Positions 41,822 to 52,711 of a DNA stretch of 64,000 bases are shown piece after piece. Source of the stretch: Protoeuglena noctilucae. Its lineage: Eukaryota. The first letter of the stretch is position 1; the number at the start of each line of letters is the position of its first letter. The stretch lies in NCBI GenBank assembly GCA_958009085.1, contig OY253690.1, forward strand, positions 310,001 to 374,000. The letters are read 5' to 3'. A program made the translations under genes and the position numbers. The notes under the pieces were generated by a model. It made no database searches, had not been told where the DNA came from, and was given only the letters and a program-made list of their open reading frames with translations.

Positions 41822-43827
41822 CTAGTGCTCATTTGGGCCACCACAACATGCCATGATGCGCGCCAGCAGGAAGGCTAACTCGTGGCTCACAAGCTCCCAA
41901 TCCAGCGAGGTTGGGCCAAATGTTTGCATACCGTAGACAGACTCTCGCCGCGACCCCCGCCGGTACGGATGCGGGTTGCCCTCCTGCACCCCGCTGTACA
42001 GGTGCCCGCTGATCTCGCTCAGCATCTGATAATCGTAGAAGTGCCAGTCGGCCGCAAACAGCTCCAGCACCGCCCCGTGCGGCGGCATCCACAGCAGGTT
42101 GGTCAGGCCGTTGCCGTGCACGCCCACCATTAGGTCGACCCCGGCCGACAGCCGCACCTGCTCCTCCACCGTCATGGCCTCGAACCGCACCACCTCAAGC
42201 GCCACCCCGTGCTCCTCCAGCATCACCGACGCCAGCCGCGCCAGGTCCTCGTCGCCCAGCTCCCGCAGGCTCATGGCGCGCCGCACGTACACGGCGCGCA
42301 CCTCGCCGGGGCTCGCGGGCCGGGGCCGGGGGGACGCGCCGGCGGCGGCATGCACGGCGGCCAGGAACTCCGGGAACCACGCCCCCACGACGCCGACCGA
42401 GTGCTCCAGGTGCTTGTTGAGCCTGGCCGCCAACAGCGGCGGGTTGGCGCCGATGCCGTCCTTGGACGCCACCACCGCGGCGAAAAGGTGGACGCGGCCC
42501 TCCGTGACGATCACGGCGCCAGGGAAGAGAGCTGAGACGAAGAAGTCGTGCAGACGGGCATTGTACGAACTGGGGTCCACCACCACGACCAGGGGCTCAC
42601 GACCCGGCCCGTATTCCCGGGTCCAGGCGTAGAGACCCAGGAGACACTCCATGATGTGGTAGTAGTGGCCGTTGCAGAAGGGGTGCTTGTGGTGGAGAAT
42701 GATGCCAAAGTCGACGTCCATCGCCATCGCACTGTTTGAGGTGGCACTTGCCCCCGTGAGCCAGACGTTGTGTCTAAGGTAGAAAACCTGGTCCAGCTCA
42801 TACCCGCCCCTCGGATAGCTTGCTGCGAGGCGCCAGTGCGCCGGGGGTGGCTGCATAAGCCCTGCACTCGCCACCTCGTGCTCTGCATCGGGTAGTCACG
42901 CAGGGCACGTCAGACACTGTGCGGGGTGGCGGGAGCGACGCGCATGCACGTTGTGCCCGCTCTTGGCCCGCACCTGCACGACGCAGGAGCGCCACCCCGT
43001 CTGCTGTAGCAGCGTCGGCCCCTGCCCCAGCCAGGAAGGCCGACACAGCCTCGGCCAGCCTCTCGCCCTTCCACAGACGGAAGGTCAGGGGCTGGGCATG
43101 CCCAGGCAAGGCGACGTCGAATCTGACCAGAGGCATGAAACCCATCTCCAGGGCGGTCGCTTCCATAAGCCCAGTGGCGAACTCCGCTCCACACAGCAAA
43201 TCGCAAGCGCTTTTCTGTGACGCTGGCCTGGCCTTCGGCCTTTTCCAGCTAACATGAAACCCAGTGCTCACACCTCTGAAAGCGTGCCACGAATACGCTC
43301 CGACGCGTCTTCAGTGCCGAAGAGCGGGATTGCGCAGGTCCATTCATTGTGCATAGCGTGGTCAGTGACGAACATGGGCCAAATCATCGTTTCGGGAATC
43401 CGCTTTTCTTCCACGGCCTGCGACGAGCGGGAGGACGTTAGAGTGAGGCAAAGGCCCCCCGGCGCAGCTCGGGGCAGGTCCACATGCACAACATACCCAT
43501 CACCTGGCGCACCGCCTGACGCGTGAGGGAAGCGAAGTGTTCGCATGCTGGGCAAGCTGGGATCCCGTCCAAAAAGCGCTTGAACGCATTGTCCACAAAT
43601 TCGGTGGCCTCCCACGAGAAGTAAAAAGCCTGTCCCGCCACCACGATGCTTGTGGTAAGTTGCCTCACGGCCCCCGCAGCCACAGCAAACAGCCTGCAAG
43701 GTCGAGGTCGATGGGCTTCAGTGGTCCTGTCGACGCTGTGGAAGAAATAGGGTCCCGGACCCCGCGGCGGCGCATCTTACGCGGCGTGGAGCCACAGCAG
43801 GAGGAGCAGCCTGTCACACATCCGCAT
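41822..43827 (-). CDS. GT61-like glycosyltransferase (copy 3)
   Basis: Same catalytic exon as copy 1. N-terminal MRMCDRLLLLLWLHAA. Confidence 0.8.
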
Positions 43828-43974
43828 CAGAGAGAGCAACGCGGCGCAAGGGATGAGGACTACCGGAGGAGGGGGGGGTTCTCGGGGTCGATATCCATCC
43901 TTGAAGGCGGCGAGGACACGCTAGTCGTCCACTGGTCAGGTGAGAAGAGAGCGATCCTCAAGGCATCCGCGAGC

Positions 43975-44174
43975 NNNNNNNNNNNNNNNNNNNNNNNNNN
44001 NNNNNNNNNNNNNNNNNNNNNNNNNNNNNNNNNNNNNNNNNNNNNNNNNNNNNNNNNNNNNNNNNNNNNNNNNNNNNNNNNNNNNNNNNNNNNNNNNNNN
44101 NNNNNNNNNNNNNNNNNNNNNNNNNNNNNNNNNNNNNNNNNNNNNNNNNNNNNNNNNNNNNNNNNNNNNNNNNN
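43975..44174. other. Assembly gap (200 N)
   Basis: Run of N. Confidence 1.
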
Positions 44175-44240
44175 TATCGACCCCGAGAACCCCCCCCTCC
44201 TCCGGTAGTCCTCATCCCTTGCGCCGCGTTGCTCTCTCTG

Positions 44241-46246
44241 ATGCGGATGTGTGACAGGCTGCTCCTCCTGCTGTGGCTCCACGCCGCGTAAGATGCGCCG
44301 CCGCGGGGTCCGGGACCCTATTTCTTCCACAGCGTCGACAGGACCACTGAAGCCCATCGACCTCGACCTTGCAGGCTGTTTGCTGTGGCTGCGGGGGCCG
44401 TGAGGCAACTTACCACAAGCATCGTGGTGGCGGGACAGGCTTTTTACTTCTCGTGGGAGGCCACCGAATTTGTGGACAATGCGTTCAAGCGCTTTTTGGA
44501 CGGGATCCCAGCTTGCCCAGCATGCGAACACTTCGCTTCCCTCACGCGTCAGGCGGTGCGCCAGGTGATGGGTATGTTGTGCATGTGGACCTGCCCCGAG
44601 CTGCGCCGGGGGGCCTTTGCCTCACTCTAACGTCCTCCCGCTCGTCGCAGGCCGTGGAAGAAAAGCGGATTCCCGAAACGATGATTTGGCCCATGTTCGT
44701 CACTGACCACGCTATGCACAATGAATGGACCTGCGCAATCCCGCTCTTCGGCACTGAAGACGCGTCGGAGCGTATTCGTGGCACGCTTTCAGAGGTGTGA
44801 GCACTGGGTTTCATGTTAGCTGGAAAAGGCCGAAGGCCAGGCCAGCGTCACAGAAAAGCGCTTGCGATTTGCTGTGTGGAGCGGAGTTCGCCACTGGGCT
44901 TATGGAAGCGACCGCCCTGGAGATGGGTTTCATGCCTCTGGTCAGATTCGACGTCGCCTTGCCTGGGCATGCCCAGCCCCTGACCTTCCGTCTGTGGAAG
45001 GGCGAGAGGCTGGCCGAGGCTGTGTCGGCCTTCCTGGCTGGGGCAGGGGCCGACGCTGCTACAGCAGACGGGGTGGCGCTCCTGCGTCGTGCAGGTGCGG
45101 GCCAAGAGCGGGCACAACGTGCATGCGCGTCGCTCCCGCCACCCCGCACAGTGTCTGACGTGCCCTGCGTGACTACCCGATGCAGAGCACGAGGTGGCGA
45201 GTGCAGGGCTTATGCAGCCACCCCCGGCGCACTGGCGCCTCGCAGCAAGCTATCCGAGGGGCGGGTATGAGCTGGACCAGGTTTTCTACCTTAGACACAA
45301 CGTCTGGCTCACGGGGGCAAGTGCCACCTCAAACAGTGCGATGGCGATGGACGTCGACTTTGGCATCATTCTCCACCACAAGCACCCCTTCTGCAACGGC
45401 CACTACTACCACATCATGGAGTGTCTCCTGGGTCTCTACGCCTGGACCCGGGAATACGGGCCGGGTCGTGAGCCCCTGGTCGTGGTGGTGGACCCCAGTT
45501 CGTACAATGCCCGTCTGCACGACTTCTTCGTCTCAGCTCTCTTCCCTGGCGCCGTGATCGTCACGGAGGGCCGCGTCCACCTTTTCGCCGCGGTGGTGGC
45601 GTCCAAGGACGGCATCGGCGCCAACCCGCCGCTGTTGGCGGCCAGGCTCAACAAGCACCTGGAGCACTCGGTCGGCGTCGTGGGGGCGTGGTTCCCGGAG
45701 TTCCTGGCCGCCGTGCATGCCGCCGCCGGCGCGTCCCCCCGGCCCCGGCCCGCGAGCCCCGGCGAGGTGCGCGCCGTGTACGTGCGGCGCGCCATGAGCC
45801 TGCGGGAGCTGGGCGACGAGGACCTGGCGCGGCTGGCGTCGGTGATGCTGGAGGAGCACGGGGTGGCGCTTGAGGTGGTGCGGTTCGAGGCCATGACGGT
45901 GGAGGAGCAGGTGCGGCTGTCGGCCGGGGTCGACCTAATGATGGGCGTGTACGGCAACGGCCTGACCAACCTGCTGTGGATGCCGCCGCACGGGGCGGTG
46001 CTGGAGCTGTTTGCGGCCGACTGGCACTTCTACGACTTTCAAGAGCTGAGCGAGATCAGCGGGCACCTGTACAGCGGGGTGCAGGAGGGCAACCCGCATC
46101 CGTACCGGCGGGGGTCGCAGCGAGAGACGCAGTACGGTATGCTAACATTTGGCCCAACCTCGCTGGATTGGGAGCTTGTGAGCCACGAGTTAGCCTTCCT
46201 GCTGGCGCGCATCATGGCATGTTGTGGTGGCCCAAATGAGCACTAG
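44241..46246 (+). CDS. GT61-like glycosyltransferase (copy 4) with the GVHG motif changed to GVYG
   Basis: Mirror of copy 3, but reads LMMGVYGNGL, YDFQELSE and SQRETQYGMLTF. Confidence 0.78.
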
Positions 46247-46576
46247 CTAAACCCTATGTCCAGCGGCTTTAGTGATGTGGAAGCACTTGGTGATGATGTG
46301 AGCACGCGGATGTGCCCCCCCATGCCTGTGTTTCTACGTCGCGATGCATCCTTCAAGCTTATGTCGATCGTCAGTTGCTGCAGCCGTCCCTCGGGGCGCC
46401 TCTCGGGCACCCCTGCGATCCCCGTCTCGGTGCAGCCGTCCCCTTCCGAGGGCGCGGCTGGGTTTGCCCGAGTCATAGGTATGCGTATGCATAGCGGTAC
46501 TCTCCCAGCTGCCATCGCGGTCACAGGATGGGCGTGAAACCCGCGAAAGACGCGCCTCACTCGGAGGACTTAGATC

Positions 46577-46770
46577 GGGTTCCCGCCGGAACCCGACGGC
46601 CTGGAATCCGCTGGGGGGAGGGGGGGGCAGGTCCGAGGGGCGGGTTCCGGCGAACCCGCTCCGGAGACCAGGGTGAACCCGTGTGGAACCCGCCAGTAGG
46701 GTGGAACCCTGGGCCCCCCCGGGCAGGCGCGGGACCCGCCGCTCGTCGCGGGTTCCCCTCCGGAACCCGC
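46577..46770. repeat. Cluster of GGAACCCG/CGGGTTCC motifs in both orientations
   Basis: cgggttcc-cgcc-ggaacccg (46577), cgggttccggcgaacccg (46641), gtgaacccg, tggaacccg, tggaaccct and cgggttcc-cctcc-ggaacccg (46749). Confidence 0.7.
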
Positions 46771-49700
46771 CGGTGATTTTCGGGGCGCAAAAATTCGGGC
46801 GGCCGGCCGGGTTCGCGCGGGCCGCCCGGGAATTTCGGGCTCGATTCAAATGCGGTTCGAAATAAGGCCGATCGCGGGCCCCGCAGTGGGGCTCGCACGA
46901 CGGCGGGCGCACGGGCAAGCGCGGCAGGCGCACGGGCCGCCCGCGCCAGGCAGCAGCCCCACGACTTGGGCGTCGCAGCGCAGCGCCGCCACGCAGGCAA
47001 CAAGACACAGGCAGCAGGGCAGCGGCATCTCGCGTCACATCAAACGCACTCGACACAGAAATCGCAGCCCGGCGCACCAGCGCCCGGGCTGCCCTGGCGC
47101 TCAGCGCTGGTCTTAGGCCCCCCCACCCGCCCACCTGCACTCCTTGCAGCGGCACTCCTCCACCTCCCGGGCAGCCCTCGTCCGATCGCCAACGAGTAAG
47201 CTCGCGTCACTCTGCAGCGCGTCCGCCACCCGCTGACAACCTTGGTTCCCAGTTGCTGTGCACATGAACACGGGGACCGTCGTAGCTGTGGATGGATGTA
47301 CATGCTGTGCAGTGGCCCTCCCAGCGACAACACATCCAACATGCCCACCAGCCTGTTGCCAACACCAAGCCCAGCCCAGCCACAAACGCCCACCCATCAG
47401 CACACGTCAGGCGGCAGCAGCAGCCGCGCGTACGCCTACTGCACCCAGCCCCAAGCATGCAGCCCCAACTCCTGCTAGGCGACGGATGTCATGCAAAGCA
47501 GCATAGTGATGACGAGAAGCCAAGCGCCCTCCCCTGCAGCTACAGCACCTACAGCGACTCGACGCTCAGGACGAGCGCTCACCTCGCAGCCAATGACAAG
47601 CGCACGCCTTCCCCAGTGCTCTGCGGGCATCAAGGGAAAGCATTTCGGCCGAAGACAATGCGGACAACGGGTCTGTCAGTGCATCTCAGTGGCGTCAGCG
47701 CCCAAGCCACCGGCACTGCATCGCAAGGCCAGGCAAGACACACTCGGAGGCATGCTGAAGGCAACTACTCCGCACGCGCGTGCAGGACCGAGCTTGCTTA
47801 TGTTTGCTGATTGCCGGTTACCGCATACCACTATGGCACCCTCCTGACCTCGCATACATGTGGCGCAGCTGAGCGACACGCTAGCGCAGGCGCGTGGGCC
47901 ACACTCACCGGGTAAGCATCGTGTGGAGGAGTGCGAAATGAAGACGACCGAGATGACACGCAGCCAAGGCTCAGCCTCCGACAACTGCCGGCCTGCAGTC
48001 ACACCGAGCAAGAGGAGCGGTCACACCACCACGGCCGTGCACCTCGGGGAAAGACAAGGAGCATGTGGAAGGCAGCCGCGTTTCATGAACCAGCAAGCAA
48101 AGGCACGCCATCGCGCAGCATGTCAGCGTCTCTGTTGCGGCACCTGCCATGGCAGCTCCACAGGCGCACAAGAGCAGGACTGCCATACACGACAAGCGCG
48201 AAAGGCAGCGTCGGGCCTCGACATGCACTACAGAGAAAGGGACAAAGGCTTCCTGTGCGAACAACGGCAGGCACCACACTCACCTCTCGCACGCCGCTTG
48301 ACACCGGGGAGCGCCGTCTCCGAGGCCAGCACAGAGCAGGTCGACAGCACATGTGCCGCCACCTCTGCTCAGCCCTGCATGCAACGAGAAACAAGACGGT
48401 GTCGGAGGATGGAGCTCACGGCATGACAAGTGTCCTGCGTCCAGCACAGATTGCGTGACTGACACTCGACCGACACGGTGCAGGGCTGCTGCTGAGCCGA
48501 CCGTCTAACGGAGGACCATGACGCAAGGCCCATGGCGTGCCATCAGAGCATACACACAGCGTGCGCCACGACTGCATCAGAATCCCCCTGCAGCCACTGC
48601 GTCCTGGCATCGGCCACAGGCCCTGTGTCAGGCGGCCTCACCTGAGGCTTTCGACCGGCGTGACAAGCATTGGCTGAACAACAGACTCGTCTCCTGCGGG
48701 TGTGGCGCGGGCCCTGAGCGCGTCTTAGCCGCAATCGCCAGGCCAGCCCCGCCAGCAGCGGCGATGTAGTGCAAGATAGCCGCAATCTTACAGCGCAGTG
48801 CATTACTACAAGGAAGTTGAGGTCCATTTCAAGGAACAAGAGCGGCCATGATCGCTGATCGGGGCGCCGGCAAGCCGATGCCCAGAGCCAAACGTCCCTC
48901 GCGGCGATGTGGCTCACGGGACCTCGCTAATGACGCAGCTTGCAAAGGATTTAAGTCACCAGTAGCTTGGGGGCGGCGACATACCTCGCGCACGCCGAGA
49001 ACGGCCCCCGTGAGCCTCCAGAAGGGCACCCTGCACAAGCAGCGCGACGCGGCCGCCCCGAGGTGGGTTGGCGCCCGCTACCCAACGCTTAGTGATGCAT
49101 CTTACACTGGGAGTCACCGGATCCCCTCGTCTCACACGCCGGGAGCCGGGAGACACGAGCTGCGTTTGAACACGCCGCCCGCCCAAGAGGGCGGGAAGCA
49201 CGTTGTAAAGTACATGGCGCTCGAGCAACACCTGCAGAAGTAGATTGTGCGTCCTCAGGGGGGCGCGGCCGGGCCTTTGCGCGCCGCAAACGTCGCGCGC
49301 TGGCGCCCGATACGGGCGTCAGGGAACGTCAGGGGGCTTGCTTCCCCCCGAAGCCGAGAGACGACAGGATTGAGGCGTGGACAGCTTGACATTGTTGCAT
49401 AATAGCCTTGGTGTCTCCTGATTTTTCCCCTAAAGCCCTCCACGGCCCAGCAACATGGTCTAGGCCAAGGTGCAACCGCAGCCACTGAGACCGCTTCACA
49501 GCATTTCCCGACGAGTGCGGTCAGGAGACGACATTAAATATGTTCCTGCGAGTCAGGCGGCGGTGCCATCGGGCGCGTATCCTGCTGCCGGAGGGATGCG
49601 CACTTTGCGCGGCAACGTCTAGCCACAATAAGCTCCCGATGCGGCCCCTTTGTACCGCGATGACTGGAGAAATACGTGGATAATGCGCGAAGACCCAGCA

Positions 49701-50189
49701 TAAGCCCATCGCTGCCTCCATAGCGGCCCGCGAGCGCCCTTGGCATCCTGCGCTTGCAGCTGACTTTTCCAGCTCCCGGCGCATTTCTGTGACTTTACGC
49801 TGATCGATACGCGTGCTTCGCTTCCTAGTCCTGCGCTCTGCATCGGCGAAATCGACATCGGACCGCCGAGGTGGCGCCCGGGGTTGGCGCAAGCAGCAGT
49901 GGTGGGGTAAGACCAGCGCCAGCGCAAAACTTTTTTGGCCATTTGGAAAGCTAACGGCGAGACTCGAACTTTCGACGCCTGACGAAAAAGCCCTTTGAAA
50001 CGCGAACTGACAGCGCCGAAAACGCCAGAAAACAACGAAACGACGAAAATCGCCGTTCGAAAACGCGAAATTTCGAACAAGCGCTTCGCGGGACAGACAG
50101 CGGTCGGGGTCGAGGCCACGACCTGCCGACAGGCCACTCTGGAACGCGAAGGGGCATGCAAATTTCCGAACGACCCTCATCCGAATCGG

Positions 50190-50657
50190 ATGCTCCTGGC
50201 TGCGATCATGGGTGCCGCTCGTGACCGACCCGCCTCGATGCCCTTCCATCACCTCGAGCGGCACATCCTGGGGCAACTCGAGCAGAGGCCGCGCCACGGA
50301 TACACCATGGAGAGGGCGCGTGGGTTCCTCGCGTCGGAGCAGGGCCAGGCGTTCATGGCGTACGCGTACTGCCTCGACAGCTGGCACCGGTTCCGGCCCA
50401 TCGTGGACTACTGCAGGGGGGTGCGCATCCGGGAGTCCTTGGAGGATCGGGTGGGGCGCGATGGGGACGATGGGTTGGGGTGCATGCTGTGCCATGGAGA
50501 GATCGGTCCATCTCCCGCTGCATTCTTGCCCTGCGGGCACAGGGTCTGCTGCCGCAAGTGCAGGGATGATGTGTACCACTTGATCAAGGCCAGATGCCCG
50601 AAGTGCTGCCAGCGCATCTTCCAGTACGCCATCCGTGTGAAGAATTCACAGATGTAG
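50190..50657 (+). CDS. C3HC4 RING-finger protein (155 aa, intronless)
   Basis: CMLC...PCGHRVCCRKC...CPKC. Confidence 0.8.
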   Translation: MLLAAIMGAARDRPASMPFHHLERHILGQLEQRPRHGYTMERARGFLASEQGQAFMAYAYCLDSWHRFRPIVDYCRGVRIRESLEDRVGRDGDDGLGCMLCHGEIGPSPAAFLPCGHRVCCRKCRDDVYHLIKARCPKCCQRIFQYAIRVKNSQM

Positions 50658-50727
50658 GTGCCCACCCAGCACTAGGAACATAGCCGTGGCCCGGACCACC
50701 TCGAACGCCGCCCACTTCCAGTTGGCC

Positions 50728-51195
50728 TCAACCGCAGAGGCGAAAACACCCGGCCACCTTCTCGAACGCCTGCTCCGCCATGTCCTCCAGGTCCTCGGCC
50801 GACATCCGCTCGATGGCCCGGCGGGCGGCGGGGCCCACGGCCTTGGCCGCTCCCGCCTTCCTCAGCGAGTAGGCCAACCCGGCCGAGTCCCCGGCCCCGG
50901 CCTTGACGGCGTGGGCGAAGGCCGCGACGACCGCCTCGAGCTTCGAGAACGGCCGCAGGCCCCGCACCGCCCGGTGCTGGGACGCCGCCACGAAGGCGTC
51001 GTGGCGCGCGTCGAGTGGGCTCATGTCGTCGTCCGCCAGGGCGCCCAGGAGGCTCGCCAGCGCGGCCGCCCGGGTGTCCTTGTCGGCCGCGGCCCCATGG
51101 TACAGCTTGACCAGCTCGGCGAGGTAGCCGGCCGTCGGCTGGGTCAACTTGGGCGCCAGCTTTTCCTGCCAGTCGAGCGCGAGGAGGTCCGCCAT
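50728..51195 (-). CDS. Hypothetical helical protein (155 aa)
   Basis: ATG 51195 (MADLLALDWQEKL...), high GC3, part of the co-oriented viral gene array. Confidence 0.7.
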   Translation of the reverse strand: MADLLALDWQEKLAPKLTQPTAGYLAELVKLYHGAAADKDTRAAALASLLGALADDDMSPLDARHDAFVAASQHRAVRGLRPFSKLEAVVAAFAHAVKAGAGDSAGLAYSLRKAGAAKAVGPAARRAIERMSAEDLEDMAEQAFEKVAGCFRLCG

Positions 51196-51218
51196 GGTTG
51201 ATTCTTGACCGCCCCGTT

Positions 51219-51473
51219 TTATTTCTCGGCGACGGCGTGCCGGGCCGAGGCGGCGGCGATTAAATCCGCGAGCTTCCGCTGTCCCTCGTCCCGCGGCGCC
51301 TTGTACTCGACGGGGTACTTCTTGCCTGGACGCAGGGGTTTCCACAGCGAGAGCCCGCCCGGCTGGTAGGGCCCCCGCACGATCTGGGGGGTCTTGTCGA
51401 GGCGGTCCCGCTCCGAGAGCCGCGGCCACGACACGGCGCCGGTCACTTGGAGTCCGAGCGGCTGTCTCTGCAT
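51219..51473 (-). CDS. Hypothetical protein (84 aa)
   Basis: Fills the gap between neighbours. Preceded by the T-run motif also seen before the capsid and integrase genes. Confidence 0.6.
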   Translation of the reverse strand: MQRQPLGLQVTGAVSWPRLSERDRLDKTPQIVRGPYQPGGLSLWKPLRPGKKYPVEYKAPRDEGQRKLADLIAAASARHAVAEK

Positions 51474-51507
51474 GACCTCGGGGCGGGGAAAAAAAACGGA
51501 CGGGCGG

Positions 51508-52668
51508 TCACTCCGTCTGGGCCAGCTCGCCCGTCTCGGTGTCGATCGAGATGGACTTCGTCACCTCCAACGCCACGAGCAGCATCGAGGCGGCCGTGGT
51601 GCCGGCCACGTGGATGACCAGGGGCGAGGCGATGTCGTACGTCGACGTCCCGGACACCAGGTTCGTCGCGGCCGCCCCGGGGAGCTGCATGTTGTACACG
51701 CTCGCCCAGAACTCCGACCGCCAGTTGTTCGTCGTGACGTTCAGGCTCTGGATCCCGCCCACGCCGGAGGGACCGTCCTGGGCCAGCGCCATGTCCGTGG
51801 CGGTCCGGATCTCGTGCTTGGCCTCCTGGAGAGCCCACCCGTTCAGCAGCATGCCGCCGAGTTCGGCGTTGATGGTCCCGGCCGTCTCGAAGGTGCTCAG
51901 GTAGAACTTGCTGGTCGTGGTCTGGAACGCTGGGTCCACGCGGAAGGTGATGATCTTGTCCAGGCTCAGAGTCGCCTTCGTCATCGGAAAGTCGATGCTC
52001 GTCGTGAAGCTCGGCGAGACGAAGCTCGAGAAGTGCTTGAAGGGTAGCTTGAACTGCTTCACCGAACGCAGCGCCCGGCGGTACGTGTCCTGGGCGAATT
52101 GCACACAGTCCATGACCAGGTACGCGTTCGAGACGCCGGCCACCGTGCCGCCCGTCGCCGTGCCGATCACGTTGGGGTCCGCCAGCTGGAGCTGGAGCAC
52201 TGTGTTTCGGAAGAGCGAGAAGTCCATGTACCGGTTGTGGCTGCCGGACAGCGCCCCGTAGGCGAATCCCTGGACGACGGCGGGGCCGTTGAAGGCGTCG
52301 ACGGCGAATGTCTGCGGCAGCGCCGACTGGCGGTACGTGGGCCAGGTCAGCTGCTTGAGCTGGCTGACCACCTTCCCGTACCGCTGCAGCTGGGTGACCG
52401 AGTACCCGGAGACGGAGACGTCGACCTGCTGGATGATGGCGTCGGCCACGGGGATCGAGTACGCCGTCGTGCCGGCGTTCATCGAGAACTCGAAGTAGAT
52501 CTTCAGCGAGCGCAGGTCCGCGATCACGGGGGGGATGTTGAAGACGACCGACTCGCCGGCCGCCTTCACGCCGGACGCCGTCCACGGCACCCGGATCGTG
52601 GAGCGGCTGATGTCGTCCATCAGCCGCTGTGCCCGGAAGCTGAGGACCTTGGGGAGTGCGTCGGACAT
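51508..52668 (-). CDS. Putative double jelly-roll major capsid protein (386 aa)
   Basis: MSDALPKVLSF...GESVVFNIPPVIADLRSLKIYF...IIQQVDVSVSG...LQLQLAD...VTKSISID. Size, beta-rich pattern and context fit Polinton-like virus MCPs. Confidence 0.75.
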   Translation of the reverse strand: MSDALPKVLSFRAQRLMDDISRSTIRVPWTASGVKAAGESVVFNIPPVIADLRSLKIYFEFSMNAGTTAYSIPVADAIIQQVDVSVSGYSVTQLQRYGKVVSQLKQLTWPTYRQSALPQTFAVDAFNGPAVVQGFAYGALSGSHNRYMDFSLFRNTVLQLQLADPNVIGTATGGTVAGVSNAYLVMDCVQFAQDTYRRALRSVKQFKLPFKHFSSFVSPSFTTSIDFPMTKATLSLDKIITFRVDPAFQTTTSKFYLSTFETAGTINAELGGMLLNGWALQEAKHEIRTATDMALAQDGPSGVGGIQSLNVTTNNWRSEFWASVYNMQLPGAAATNLVSGTSTYDIASPLVIHVAGTTAASMLLVALEVTKSISIDTETGELAQTE

Positions 52669-52711
52669 GGGCTTCTGCCGGTCCGGCAGAGAAAAAAAGC
52701 GGTGCGACGCG

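Larger units (their letters stand above)
38730..43130 (+). repeat. Direct segmental duplication of ~10556-14940
   Basis: Identical ORFs recur at a constant offset of 28183 (11082/39265, 12287/40470, 13639/41822). Confidence 0.93.
41758..46310. repeat. Inverted duplication with arms 41758-43893 and 44175-46310 (2136 bp each)
   Basis: Mirror coordinates sum to 88068 (41822/46246, 42874/45194, 43893/44175). Confidence 0.93.

Noticed and set aside
46870..49900. Possible gene(s) between the repeat array and the viral genes
   Set aside because: Some splice-like signals and Cys-rich stretches, but no recognisable motif or consistent model that I can support.
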